Source: Eledone cirrhosa (taxonomy: Eukaryota). From it: a stretch of DNA of 64,000 nt. The DNA lies in NCBI GenBank assembly GCA_964016885.1, contig OZ024741.1, positions 375,348,001 through 375,412,000 on the forward strand, in the 5' to 3' direction. The translations under genes were made by a program, and so were the position numbers. The notes under the pieces were generated by a model. The model was given only the letters and a program-made list of their open reading frames with translations. It was not told where the DNA came from and searched no databases. Below are positions 1 to 12,542 of the stretch, in pieces. Within the stretch, counting starts at the first letter, position 1, and each line of letters opens with the position of its first letter.

Positions 1-215
1 TTCGGTGTGAATTTACCTCAGAACTCAGAGAGCCGGAACAAATACCGCAGTGCATTCTTTCCGACTTTCTAACGACAATGCTAATTCCTCGCCTTTGTTT
101 AATATAACCTTCTTTATTATATAAATAATTAAACCCACAAAATTAAATTATGTTGATTGATTTCTAGCACAGACGCTATAACACAGAAAATTAATTGGAG
201 GAGAATTTTGTGTAA

Positions 216-532
216 GGTCCCGTAACTGATGGAGTCGAATGGGCACCGTAGTGACATACGACGTTTTGGGTTCATTTATAAAACCTGATAGAACCCACTC
301 CTCTCCAGGTCTGAACACTGCAGACTTCTTCCAGATAAGGATAGAAAGTGAGAGAGGAAGTGTAAAAGAAATATGGAGGAAGAATCGTCTCCAGTACTTG
401 ACTGGTACTCTTTTATTGACCACGAAATGATGAAAGACAAAGTTGACCTCAGTGGGATTTGAACTCAGAGAGCAGAAACGAATACCACAAAGCATTCTAC
501 CCGACGTTCTAACGACTCTGCCAATGCGTTGC
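216..532 (-). mobile_element. tRNA-derived SINE, group A long variant (extended 3' tail)
   Basis: Reverse strand has B-box GAGTTCAAATCC, the central motif TTTGYCTTTCATC..GTCRATAAAA..AGTACCAGT, and a tail (GGAAGAARTCTGC..CAGACCTGGAGAGG..GTTACGGGACC) shared with copies at 23519, 24497, 26170, 53500 and 58025. Confidence 0.85.
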
Positions 533-545
533 CTTGGGTGGGAGG

Positions 546-830
546 AGTCTAAGTCTAAAGTCTGTCTTAAGCCAGAAGGCTCATTTAGCCGGTGCTTATC
601 CCGGTTTCATGGCGTGAAGCGACTGAGAGTACAAGACTCCCCCCTGGACAGGACGCCAGTCCATCGCATGATTAAACCCCAGCTGTTGCTGGTACTCATT
701 TTCAGCTGAGTATACTGGAGCAACATGAAATGAAGCGTTTTGCTCAAGAACACAACACGCAACCCAGGAATCGAACCCACGACATTATGATCGTAAGTCG
801 AACACCCTTACCACTAGGCCACGTGCCTCC
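546..830 (-). mobile_element. tRNA-derived SINE, group B (CORE-like), full length
   Basis: Reverse complement closely matches 44100-44385: A-box TGGCCTAGTGG, B-box GGTTCGATTCC, CORE-like TGTGTTCTTGAGCAAAAC, and a (TTAGAC)n tail. Confidence 0.85.
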
Positions 831-2007
831 GCGCAGGTGGGAGGAGTGCAGTTGATTAAATCGACTTCAGTATTTGATTGGTACTTATTTCCTAACCCCG
901 GAACGATGGAAAGCTAAGTTGGATCCACTGAGATTTAAACTCACGGGGAAAGGGCCATATCTAAATAACACAAATTAAAATGACATAATACCTAGTACAT
1001 ATTAAGTCTTACCACTTACAATTATACATCCACAATGAAAGTGCCAAAATTCTAACATTACAGGCATTTGGAGAATGTTGGATTTGTGTAATCGTTAAAA
1101 CGTCGGACAAATTCTTCGGGGTATTTGTTCTGGCTCATTATATTCTGAGTTCGAATCCTGCCGAGGTCAACTTTACTCTTTATCCTTCCAGGTCCGATAA
1201 AATAAAGTACCAACTTCCATTTAATCGACTTTTCCCCTCACTTACGTGTCACACATTTTTCTTTAACATTTCCACGAATAGGTGAAATTTACCAACACGC
1301 TACAATCTTGGATCGTATTCATTAAAAAAAAATGAAAAATCCTTAATACAATATTTAACTAGAATACAGTCGTGTCTTCTATTTAACATTTTAAAAAGAA
1401 AAGCTGTTTCTCACATTCATAAATACATATAAATATATATATATATATATATCTATGCAGATATATATACAACTTAGACTCTTCCGAACGAACAAAAATA
1501 GATTTTTCATTGTGGTGTACAATTAATAATAGGGAAGTCATATTAATAACACTATACAGTTTTGTTTTACGCCATGTCATGTAGTTCTCCGCAATTACTT
1601 ATAAGTACATACGCGGTGAACCTAACGAGAATGTGTTGTATTTATATGGGCGAACGTGAGAGTTAAAGTCATCAGGTTTATACCTCACACGTTTATAATC
1701 AAATATATAAACCACACTGGTTATTCGCATCATTAAATCTATTACAATAACCATCTGCGTTCAAGCTATAGGATAGAACACATTATTAAAAACAAAAACA
1801 GCAATTACGAAACAAACCTAAACAAAACAACAACTCAGATAACAAAACATAAAATACATTGTTCTCAATCGTAAGGTAATATTTTACAATTTACTTAGAA
1901 AATGAAAAAAATAATCCATTTAATCCATTCTTATGAATACCAAGCCATATAATGTGTGCGGGCGAACGTATGCTCGTCTATTACACACACACAAACACAT
2001 ATAACAT

Positions 2008-2183
2008 AATTGTTTCTACTTTTGGCACAAGGCCAGCAATTATTCTAGTGCATTACTGGTACTTTATTTTATCGACCTCGTAAGGATGAAAGGCAAAGCT
2101 AACCTCGGCGGGATTTGAACTCAGACCGTAAAGGGACGTAACTCTATGCTGCAAAGTATGGCGTCCGACCCTCTACCGATTGC
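2008..2183 (-). mobile_element. tRNA-derived SINE, group A short variant
   Basis: Reverse complement of GAGTTCAAATCCCGCCGAGGTTAGCTTTGCCTTTCATCCTTACGAGGTCGATAAAATAAAGTACCAGT..GCTGGCCTTGTGCCAAAAGTAGAAAC. Confidence 0.85.
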
Positions 2184-2215
2184 TCAATATGTTGGTTGGC
2201 TGGTTGGTATCATAT

Positions 2216-2375
2216 CAGACCTGTCAACTCTCCCCGTCCGACGGGGAGATCTCCCAGCCACTTTGTGGTGGGTGAGAGATGTCTTTTGTGAAAATGGGTA
2301 TAGTTTTCATTATGTAAAATCTCTCCATTTTGCCTCGTTTCTCCCCGTTTTGGTTTTTAGGGATTGGTAGGCCTG
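2216..2375. mobile_element. putative hAT-like MITE
   Basis: Imperfect terminal inverted repeats CAGACCTGTCAA / TTGGTAGGCCTG. No clean 8-bp TSD. Confidence 0.4.
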
Positions 2376-2524
2376 TCATGTCTATATAACGTTCTAGGCG
2401 CAGTGAATTCATTTATTTATATTTATATATTTATTTATACATTTTTTAATGTATTTAAATACTGTTACCTTCAGTGGTGAACATATATTTCTAAAATTAC
2501 CTGACATAACAGAGGTAACACTCT

Positions 2525-2564
<40 letters not shown>

Positions 2565-2702
2565 TTTCAGAAGATCCCGTTAAAGCAGCGATTCTTTGCT
2601 TAAACTTTAATCTGTACTTATAATAAATATTTGTACTACGGGCAATATATATATATAATCCTTATCGAGCCCTCTTCGGATTTTAGTCTTCACATTTATT
2701 AT

Positions 2703-2749
<47 letters not shown>

Positions 2750-3270
2750 GGTGAATATGATAAAACGCTATACCTTTCGACGGTCGAAAGCCTCTTGTGA
2801 AAAAGACTCCAATTTGTCGTTGTAACCATGGATGGAATAATATGTTGCAAACTCTGGGTTTTCTTTTAAAATGTGGCGATAGATTCTTTCTTCTGCAGTC
2901 CGTAACTTTTCTTCATCTCCATTCTCTAAAGAGGAAAAAAGAACAGAAACAAGAAATTACTACTTTTCATATGCTGACGGAACTCTTTCTCTCTCTCTCT
3001 CTGGTCTATATAGAAGAGGATTCAACCTATGTGGAATTTTAAGTATTTGTATTAGCAGCATGATTCACACCTACATTGCGCAAAATACACTTTAGATTGT
3101 TTGAATGCGATGATACTCACAGTTATCACATCCGAACGAGCAGACGAGCTTTTGCGTTCACATACATGCACATACATATACACACACATACACTTACACA
3201 CAGGCACAAATACCCCCATGTATATATATACTGTATATATATATATAAATATATATATGTGTGTGTGTGT

Positions 3271-3877
3271 GTCAGGTCACCAGTTGGTGCTACTGGTAAC
3301 ATGTATTCCAGTACAACCTCTCTCATGGTCGGGTCGTTGGAGACTAAACTGGCACCCCCACCAAGGTTTCTTGGTGAGGAGGGTGACTTTGGACATCCTG
3401 CAGGACTAAAAACAAAACATGTCAAAGGGCAAAGGAGGTCTTAAGAGTCAATGGCCATCCAAAATCACCGGGAGAGATGACCCCTTAGCCTTTGTCAAGG
3501 CAGAATTCTAGGAGAAGGAAAACTCTGATATAACACCTGCAACCCTGATGGTATCCAATGATGTTGACTTGTTCTTTTTGGTAAATATCATCTTGGTTAA
3601 GAGAGTGGGACTGGCTTTGTGCAGTGCCTTTGCTCACTATAAAAGCTTCACGGCACAGGCATTGCTTTATATCTGGAGATCTCTCTGCACTTGCCGTCAC
3701 ATGGTACCATGGGCCCAGCATTATGTGTCAATAATTGTCACAAGTGTAGTGTTTGTACCAGAGTTTTCAAGTCGCTGGCTGGACTAAAAAGTCACACTCG
3801 TTCAGCGCATCAGTAGGGGTTCTCCTACATGGATATAAAGTAGTGGCCGTACTCGAAAACGAGTTGGCAGCCACCAT
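3271..3877 (+). mobile_element. ~600-bp non-coding retroelement with RTE-type 3' end (full-length copy)
   Basis: Near-identical to 59727-60332 and to 5'-truncated copies at 12627, 13005, 15569 and 59211. Ends in hairpin GCCGTACTC-GAAAAC-GAGTTGGC followed by AGCCACCAT. No tRNA head and no real ORF. Confidence 0.85.
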
Positions 3878-3899
3878 ATATATATATATAGGAAAAGAG

Positions 3900-4085
3900 T
3901 CAGGACCTCGACGGCTGAGCTCCAGCCGTTTCGACAGCTAGATCCGAAACGGAGCTCAGCCGTCGGGGTCCTGATACGCCTAACGTCGAGTTCTTTTGCT
4001 AATGGCATCAGGGTCTGCTAATTGGAATGACTGGATCAGAAACCCAGAATCCTATTAGTTAAACCATCCAACGTAAACGCTACAC
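3900..4085 (+). mobile_element. Penelope-type terminal-repeat fragment with fold-back and hammerhead 3' half
   Basis: Inverted repeat 3900-3974. The minus strand reads GAAA-CGGC-tggagctca-GCCG-TC, a diverged relative of the 33399/47823/55734 family. Confidence 0.55.
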
Positions 4086-4149
4086 ACCTATACATACATA
4101 TATTCATAAGTACATAGGTACATAAGTACATACGTACATACATACATAC

Positions 4150-4325
4150 ATGATGGCCGCAAACTCATGTTCGAACATTGCGACGGCCTGATAAAATGCT
4201 TCAAAATGTGAGGCACGAATGTGACTCTTTAAACCAGCCAAACACTTGCACCCTCTGGCACATACATGGCAACTGTAGGCCCCTGTGGGACATTCCACTG
4301 CTTGCTTCTGACTGTGTGTTCTCAT
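4150..4325 (-). mobile_element. RTE-clade LINE 3' end with C-terminal C2H2 zinc finger
   Basis: ORF 4104-4325 has CHVCARGCKCLAGLKSHIRASH (C2H2), then 3' hairpin GCAATGTTC-GAACAT-GAGTTTGC, GGCCATCAT and a (GTAT)n tail. Confidence 0.7.
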
Positions 4326-4545
4326 ATAATACTACATACATACATGCATTACATATATGTTCGCAGTTCCTGTATTACACTCTCTAATTACTACAATTAG
4401 TCATTTAGTGACTGGGATTAACTGTTGCGGTAATTATAGCAAGTGACTGCTGGAAGTTGTGTTAATGGTTTTGTTGGTATCAACGCTAGTAGTGAGGGTT
4501 GTGGTGGTGGTTCTGTTGGTTCTGGTGGTATTATTTAATATGTCC

Positions 4546-4770
4546 ATGGTGGTGGATTGGCAGAATCGGTAGAGCATCGGACACCATGCTTTGCAGCATA
4601 AAGTTACAGCCCTTTACGTTTTGAGTTCAAATCTCGCCGAAGTTAACTTTGCCTTTCATCCTTACAGGGTCTATAAAATAAAGCGCCAGTAATGCACTGG
4701 GGTCGATATAATCGACTTTCTCCTCCCCACCAAATTTGCTGGCCTTGTGCCTATAGTAGAAATCATTATT
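4546..4770 (+). mobile_element. tRNA-derived SINE, group A full-length short variant
   Basis: A-box TGGCAGAATCGG, B-box GAGTTCAAATCT, central motif, and 3' GCTGGCCTTGTGCCTATAGTAGAAATCATTATT. Confidence 0.85.
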
Positions 4771-4904
4771 TAATACTAGCAGAAAAATGGCCGAAGGGCG
4801 GTTTTCTGCTAGAATATGTAGTGTGCGTATTGGTTTTATATGCAAATATATATGCTTATAGATATGATATGTAAATTGAAAAGTAAATTGGCAATATCTT
4901 CTTC

Positions 4905-5530
4905 ACCCACTTACTTCTGAGAAGGTCGTGGGGGACAGAGTCTTCCTCAAACACTCTTTCCAGTTAGTCAGTCAGAAGCAAACATCTCTAACTGATCCAG
5001 TTGGATCCCAAAGCGTGACCAGCCAAGCTCATGGATGTTATCCAACTATGTTGCTCAGGGTCTACCTCTGGGTCTCTTGCTGGTTGGTTTTGCCGGTAAA
5101 ATCTGTCCAGCGATTCTTTCCTGAGACATTCTAACCACATGCCCATAGTATCGGAGCCGTGATCTCTCAATCCGGAGAAGTAGCGGCTCTACCAAGAGTG
5201 ACTCTCTGATCTCTGAGCTATGCCTCTTATCCAGTAACGTTACTCCAAAGACCCTTCTGAGGAACCCCATTTCTGCCGTTTGTATTTGAAATTGTATTCT
5301 TTCGGTCTTTACCCAAGATTCATGACCCTCAGTAAGGGTTGGCAGAAATACCAGGAAGACAGCGAGTTTGGCTTTTACACCTACCTCCCTTCTTCTGATT
5401 ACTGAATGCTGAAGCTGGCGCATTACTGCATCAGCTTTTGCAATTCTTGTACTTAATTCAGCCTCCTGCCTTCCATCACACATGATACTTCAACTTCTCC
5501 AGCTGCTTCAGTGGAACTCCATTGACATGT
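4905..5530 (-). mobile_element. RTE-clade (Expander/Rex3-like) LINE, post-RT 3' fragment
   Basis: ORF 5055-5483: PTLTEGHESW..AEMGFLRRVFGVTLLDKRHSSEIRESLLVEPLLLRIERSRLRYYGHVVRM..KRPRGRP, the typical RTE C-terminus. Confidence 0.9.
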
Positions 5531-5676
5531 ATATAAATTTGTGCGACTTCTGTCCATCCGTCCGTCACAAAATGTGTTTGTGTGTTTGTGTGAATGTATG
5601 TGTGTGTAAAAGGAAGGAAGGGGATACACACATATATGTCCCTAACTTAAAAACGGTGACACATACACATATATAT

Positions 5677-5779
<103 letters not shown>

Positions 5780-5844
5780 CACACGTCTCTAATTAAACAA
5801 TGCCGACAAACTCACTCGCGCACATACACACACTGTTCTATTAC

Positions 5845-6275
5845 CACTGAAGAACTTTGGCCCGGGCAAACATCCTCTCAATTTTGAAACCGTCTGGGTT
5901 GTCCAGAATTGATGGGAAATGACCTGACGATCTTACCCTGTGATCCTGGTCAAGAGGCAGGTGCCTTGTCTGGGACATCACAGTTAGTGACTCTTTTGCT
6001 TCTTCCCACATCCTGGATGCAGCAGTAAGAGTGAGAGCCACAGCATCCGCAGCTGAACAGAACAAAATCCTAAAATACCGTGATCTGTTGGCTTACTGCA
6101 TTCTCCAGCCTGTGGCGTTCGAGACGTTTGGGGAAGTCGGGCTACTGACTGCGATGTTCTTATCTTCACTAGCGGCTCGCCTAACAGGTAACAGGTGATG
6201 CTCGTTAAGGCGCTTGGTTGTTCTAGTACCTCAGCGTCAGCTTCACCCGAGGTAATGCTGCGAGTGTACTGGCTT
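5845..6275 (+). mobile_element. CRE-clade LINE, degenerate restriction-like endonuclease fragment
   Basis: Translates with stops to ILKPSGLSRIDGK*PDDLTL*SWSRGRCLVWDITVSDSFA..AEQNKILKY, then AFETFG and RGNAASVL. Confidence 0.8.
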
Positions 6276-6533
6276 GCCTCAAAAATTATTAGAGAGGTTT
6301 CCCAGTGCTCCCCGCGATATTGTTATCTTTTGCTCTGGTAGTAGCTCGTTTGTCCACCCCTTTCGTCTGCCTTTTGTTGTTTGTGGTCCTAGATGTATGT
6401 ATTACCTGATTGTGTGTTGTATGTGGTCCTAGATGTGTGTATTACAGGCTTGTAATGTATGTATATGCACATACGCACACATACGCACACATATAGGCAT
6501 ACACACATACATACACGTCAGCGCGTCATCCCG

Positions 6534-6565
<32 letters not shown>

Positions 6566-6588
6566 GTTTATATATATATATATATATA

Positions 6589-6714
6589 TATATCATAAAT
6601 CATGTCTTTAGAATTATCAGATAAATAAAATATATACCATATATGGTATATATTTTATTTATATGGTATATATTTTATTTATCTGATAATTCTAAAGACA
6701 TGATTTATGATATA
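6589..6714. repeat. long AT-rich palindrome abutting (TA)n
   Basis: TATATCATAAATCATGTCTTTAGAATTATCAGATAAATAAAATATATACCATA and its reverse complement, with a short internal duplication. Confidence 0.85.
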
Positions 6715-6799
6715 TTGCTCTGATTATTTAATTTATTAATTCTTCATAGAGCCACAAAGTGACCGGTTGCAACATATATAACTTTATGTATATGTAAAC

Positions 6800-6875
<76 letters not shown>

Positions 6876-6962
6876 AGAGAGAGAGAGAAAGATACAGAGC
6901 TTAGCGTTGTTTTGAAAATTACCTTTGTTTACAAACAGCGGAAGTTCTATTTCACTATTCAG

Positions 6963-7450
6963 CCTCCATCCGCTTTCCTGTCGCCTTGTTGCCCTCAACA
7001 AGGTCATAAAGCCTGGCTTGGACGCTGCAGGCTTCCCTTCCCAGCTCGAGCCGGTGGGGCTGGACCGAGGGGGACGGCAAAAAGCCAGATGGCATGACCA
7101 TCTTCCCGTTCCGCGGTGGTAAACCCCTCGTCTTCTAGGATGCCACTTGCACCGACACTTTCTACAGCCGCAACCTGGTGCAGTCTGCGACTAACCCAGG
7201 TTCTACTGCACGTCGGGCTGAGGAGGCCAAACTCCTCAAATACCGGTCGATCTCCGACAGGTTTGCGGTTGTACCCCTGGCAGTGGAGACTTCTGGTGTC
7301 CTCGGCCCTAGGGCTACTTCCCTACTCACCGCCATAAGCGGTGAGTTGGCCAGCTGCAGGTGTGAGCCCCGCGAGTTGGAGTGGCTTTTCCAGCGCGTCT
7401 CCCTTGCCGTCCTCCGGGGAAACACCTTCTCCATTCTGTCCACCGGGGCT
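6963..7450 (+). mobile_element. CRE-clade LINE 3' fragment (RLE domain)
   Basis: HPLSCR..ALNKVIKPGLDAAGFPSQLEPVGLDRG, then AEEAKLLKYRSISDRFAVVPLAVETSGVLG..WLFQRVSLAVLRGN (ORF 7178-7549). Confidence 0.9.
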
Positions 7451-7608
7451 AGGAGGGGGGCGGGCGTCGCGTATCATTCCTTATTTAAGTATGATCGACA
7501 TTTTACACAAAGTCGCAGTTTCATCTTCGTAACTTATTCGAACACCTGATTTCCACGTCTTGTTTTATATATATATATATCTGCCACAGTCTCTTTGTAT
7601 CTCTCTCT

Positions 7609-7688
<80 letters not shown>

Positions 7689-7784
7689 GCGATATACCGG
7701 AAGTATTGATATTTGAATCATTTAAAAGAAGTGTCTTGAAATATGCAATAAAATTATTTATGATTAAATGTGTAATACTCATTC

Positions 7785-8039
7785 ATTATCTATTCAAAGT
7801 TCAAATCCCGCCGAGGTTGACTTTGCCTTTCATCCTTACGGGGTCGATAAAATAAAGTACCAGTAATGCACTGGGTAATTGGTGGCCTTGTGCCTAAAGT
7901 AGAAACAATTATCTATTCAAAGTAACTGAGGTTAACTTTGCCTTTCATCCTTACGGGGTCGATAAAATAAAGTACCAGTAATGTACTGAGATAATTGCTG
8001 GCCTTGTGCCAAAAGTAAAAATAATTATCTATTCAAAGT
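7785..8039 (+). mobile_element. two 5'-truncated group A SINEs in tandem, bounded by three copies of a 16-bp direct repeat
   Basis: ATTATCTATTCAAAGT at 7785, 7908 and 8024 separates two SINE 3' halves. Confidence 0.8.
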
Positions 8040-8192
8040 AATCCAAATTATTTTACTAACGGGATTAAAAAATATATTCTGGACGCTGTCCCGCACTCCT
8101 CTGCGACTAACCCAGGTTCTACTGCACGTCGGGCTGAGGAGGCCAAACACCCCAAATACCGCACTCCTCCCTGTATTACATTTTAGATGTCC

Positions 8193-8378
8193 ATGGTGGT
8201 GGATTGGCAGAATCGGTAGAGCGTCGGACACTATGCTTTGAAACACGTTTTGAGTTCAAATCCTGCCGAGGTTAGCTTTGCTTTTCATCTTTACGAGGTC
8301 GATAAAATAAAGCACCAGTAAATCGCCCCCCCCCCCCCAAAAAAAAAAATTGCTGACTTTGTGCTTATTGTAGAAATA
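8193..8378 (+). mobile_element. tRNA-derived SINE, group A
   Basis: A-box and B-box plus the central motif. Further degenerate copies lie at about 8930-9008 and 9018-9180. Confidence 0.8.
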
Positions 8379-8519
8379 CTGGTTTAATATGTCCATATTT
8401 TGAAGACTGTAGATTAGGATGTGAGAAAGATATTGTTGCTATTTCTTTAGGTTGAATAATCACGTAGAAGTAACCTCATAAGCTAATGATGTTACTGTTG
8501 GTAATCGTTGTTCACCATG

Positions 8520-9269
8520 CTGTTGTTGTTGGAGGTGATATTGTTGTTATTGCTGTTGTTGCTGGCGGGGGTTCTTGGTGTTGTTGTTGTTGCTACTGGC
8601 GGGGTTTCTTGGTGGTGGTGCTGTTGTTGTTGGTGGTAGTATTGTTGTTGTTGTTGTTGTTGTTTCTGATGGTGTTCTTGGTGCTGTTGCTGATGACGTT
8701 GCAGGAGGTATTCTTGTTGTTGTTATTGTTATTATTGTTATTGTTGTTTTTGCTGCTGGGGTTACTTGTTGATGTTATTGTTGGTGTTGTTATTGGTGGT
8801 GGTGGTGGTGGTGTAGCTGTTAGTGGTATTCTTATTGATGTTATTGTTGGTGTTGTCAGAGCAGTTGGCAAAGTCATTGGGACGTTGGTCAAATGCATAG
8901 CAGTATTACCTCCACTCTTTTCGACATCAACTGTCCCTTTCATCATTTGGGGTCGATAAATAAAGTCCAATACTAAAAATTGCTGACCTTGTGCCTGAAG
9001 TAGAAATTATTTTTTAGGCAGTGAGTTTGGCAAAATCGGTAGAGCTTCACCAAAACATGTTGCGGCAATTAGTTATGACTCTTTATATCGTCGAGATCGA
9101 TTTGCCTTTCATCCTTCCGGGGTGGATAAAATAAAGTACCAGTTGGTACTTTATTTTACTGGGATTGGTATAATCGACTTAGTTCTGTTGGTGGTGATCA
9201 TGTTGTTGTTGATATTGTTGTTGTTGCTGTTGTTAGTAGTTGTAGTCGTTGTAGTAGTAGTAGTATTAC

Positions 9270-9311
<42 letters not shown>

Positions 9312-9365
9312 AAGTAGTAGTAGTAGTAGAAGTATTAGTAGTAGTAGTAATAGTAGTAGTAGTAA

Positions 9366-9425
<60 letters not shown>

Positions 9426-11320
9426 CGTTATTGTTATTGACCTTTTAGATGTAGTTGGTGTTAATGTTGTTGGTGGTGTCCATATTGATGTTGACACTGT
9501 TGTTGTTGATGGTGGTGGTGGTGTTGATGTTGACACTGTTGTTGTTGTTGTTAGTGGTGTTGATGTTGACACTGTTGTTGTTGTGTTTGCTGTTGTCGTT
9601 GTTATTGTTGCCGTTGGTGTTGTAGTTGTTGGTGTTGTTGTTGTTGGTGTTGTTGTTGTTGGTGTTGTTGTTGTTGCCGTTGGTGTTGTAGTTGTTGGTG
9701 TTGTTGTTGTTGGTGTTGTTGTTGTTGGTGTTGTTGTTGTTGCCGTTGGTGTTGTAGTTGTTGGTGTTGTTGTTGTTGTTGGTGTTGTTGCTGTTGCCGT
9801 TGGTGTTGTTGTTGGTGGTGGTGGTGTTGTTGGTGGTGTTGTTGTTGTTCCTGTTGTTGTTGTTGCCGTTGGTGTTGTAGTTGTTGGTGGTGTTGTTGTT
9901 GTTGGTGTCGTTGCTGTTGCCGTTGGTGTTGTAGTTGTTAGTGTTGTTGTTGTTGTTCCTGTTGTTGTTGTTGTTGTTCCTGTTGTTGTTGTTTTCGTTG
10001 GTGTTGTAGTTGTTGGTGTTGTTGTTGTTGGTGTTGTTGTTGTTGCCGTTGGTGTTGTTGTTGGTGGTGGTGGTGTTGTTGCTGTTGGTGTTGTTGTTGC
10101 CGTTGGTGTTGTTGTTGTTGCCGTTGGTGTTGTAGTTGTTAGTGTTGTTGTTGCCGTTGGTGTTGTTGTTGTTGCCGTTGGTGTTGTAGTTGTTATTGTT
10201 TTGTTGTTGTTGTTGGTGTTGTTGTTGTTGTTGCCGTTGGTGTTGTAGTTGTTGGTGTTGTTGTTGTTGTTGTTGCCGTTGGTGTTGTAGTTGTTAGTGT
10301 TGTTGTTGCCGTTGGTGTTGTTGTTGTTGCCGTTGGTGTTGTAGTTGTTATTGTTTTGTTGTTGTTGTTGGTGTTGTTGTTGTTGTTGCCGTTGGTGTTG
10401 TAGTTGTTAGTGTTGTTGTTGCCGTTGGTGTTGTTGTTGTTGCCGTTGGTGTTGTAGTTGTTATTGTTTTGTTGTTGTTGTTGGTGTTGTTGTTGTTGTT
10501 GCCGTTGGTGTTGTAGTTGTTAATGTTGATGTTGTTGTTGGTGTTGTTGTTGCTGTTGGTGGTGTTGTTGTTGTTCCTGTTATTGTTGTTGCCGTTGGTG
10601 TTGTAGTTGTTGGTGTTGTTGTTGTTGTTGGTGTTGTTGTTGTAGTTGGTGGTGTTGTTGTTGTTCCTGTTGTTGTTGTTGTAGTTGGTGTTGTAGTTGT
10701 TAGTGTTGATGTTGTTGTTACTGTGATGTCGTTGGTTTTGCAGTGTTGTAGTAATGGCGGTGTTTGGGGTATGGGGTGGGTATAATGAAATTAGCGTGTG
10801 GCTGGGTGTGAGGAGTGAACACGTGTTCTTGGAGAGAAGTGAACACGTGATTACCACCCCGGTAATGAATCCGTCATGTACATATTAAAGTTAATTACAA
10901 AGGCGGAAGTACTAGAGGGTGTGGTGATGGTGCTAGTAATGGTGTGGTGTATGGTAGAAATGGTGGTAGTGTTGTTGTTGTTGTTGTTGGTTGTGGTGGT
11001 GATGGTACTGTTTGTGTTGTTGTTGTTTGTGGTGGTGGTAGTGGTGGTGGTTGTGTTGTTGTTGTTGTTGTTGTTGGTTGTTGTTGTTGTTGGTGGTAGT
11101 GGTAGTGGTGGTGATGGTGGTGGTGGTGGTAGAGGTTGTGCTGGTGGTGATAGTGGTAGATGTAGTGGCAGTGTTGGTGATGTTGGTGGTAGTGGTAGTG
11201 GTAGTGGTGGTAGTGGGGTAGTGGTAGTAGAGGCGGTGTTGGTGGTAGTGGTGATGCTGGTGGTGTTGGTGGTAGTGGTGGTGGCGGTGTTAATAGTAGA
11301 AGAGGTGATGGTAGGGAGGT
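8520..11320. repeat. compound trinucleotide array (GTT/GGT/GTA) with higher-order units
   Basis: (GTA)n at 9234-9423, then repeated GCCGTTGGTGTTGTAGTTGTT units at 9600-10700. Confidence 0.9.
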
Positions 11321-11670
11321 GTTGAGAGAGTTGAGGAAAAATTACCCGTACCGAGATGAAGATTTAATAAAGCGAATGGAAAACATGGGACCCACGATGC
11401 CAGTGTGGTATGTGGACGAGTTGGGTGATGGGCTGAATGGGGTGAAAGAGTTGTGTGTAGGGGGTGTTGTATGTGGTGGTGGTAAAGAACGAAGGGTGCT
11501 CTAGGGAAAGAGAAAAAAGGGGAACAAAATATCACCTCTTCTCCATAATCGTCATTTCCAACAACTTAGTGTATATGTGTGAATGTGTCTGGGTGAGTGA
11601 ATGCGTGTGTGTGTATGTATGTGAGCATTTCTGTGTGTGTGTGTGCTTTAACATGTCTATATGTGTGAAG

Positions 11671-11710
<40 letters not shown>

Positions 11711-12457
11711 GTGTATGTGAGCATCTGTGTGTGTGTTTACATGTCTATATGTGAAGGAGTGTGTGTGTGTGTGTGCGTGTGTGTGTCAGTGTAAGTGTGC
11801 ATATGTGTAAGTGAGACTATATGTGTGTGTATGAATGTATATGTATGAATGAGTGTGTATGTGGAGGGAATATATGTGTGTAAGTGTAAGTGTGCATACG
11901 TGTGAGTAACTATGTATGTGTATGTGAATGAGTGTATTTGTGAAGGAGTGTGCATGTGAATGTATGAATGAGTGAGGAAGTGTGCACCTGTGTGAGTGGA
12001 AGTATGTATCTGTGGAGTGAGTATTAGAGAATGTGTGTTTTATGTGTGTCGGGAGCATGTGCATGTATGCATATCTGAAAATGTGTAAGTGTGCATATGT
12101 GTGCGAGTAAGTGTGTATGTGTATGTGTGTAAGTGTGCGTGTGTGTGTGTGCAAGGATGCATGTGTACGTGTGTGTATATATATATATATATATATACAT
12201 ATGTGTATGTGTGTGAGTGTATTCATGTGTGTGTGTGTGTGTGTGTGTGTGTTGAAGGAAGTCTTACTTAAGACGTCGACTTTCAATTGTAAACCCTTCC
12301 AGATTGTTTTGGAAGACGATATTGGGGCTGTGACGGTGGTGGTTGTGGTGGTGGTGGTAGTGGCGGCGGCGGTGGTGGTGGTGGCGGTGTCGATGGAGGC
12401 AAGTTGTTGAAATGTTCTTCAGCGGGGATCATACGATCGTCTCGGAAAATAGGTGGG

Positions 12458-12490
<33 letters not shown>

Positions 12491-12497
12491 GTGGGGG

Positions 12498-12542
<45 letters not shown>

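Noticed and set aside
9450-10730. Mucin-like Thr/Pro reading (TTTPTATTT) on the minus strand
   Set aside because: The frame is broken by non-triplet interruptions (near 9583, 10200, 10355) and there are no clear splice sites. It fits a degenerate (AAC)n array.
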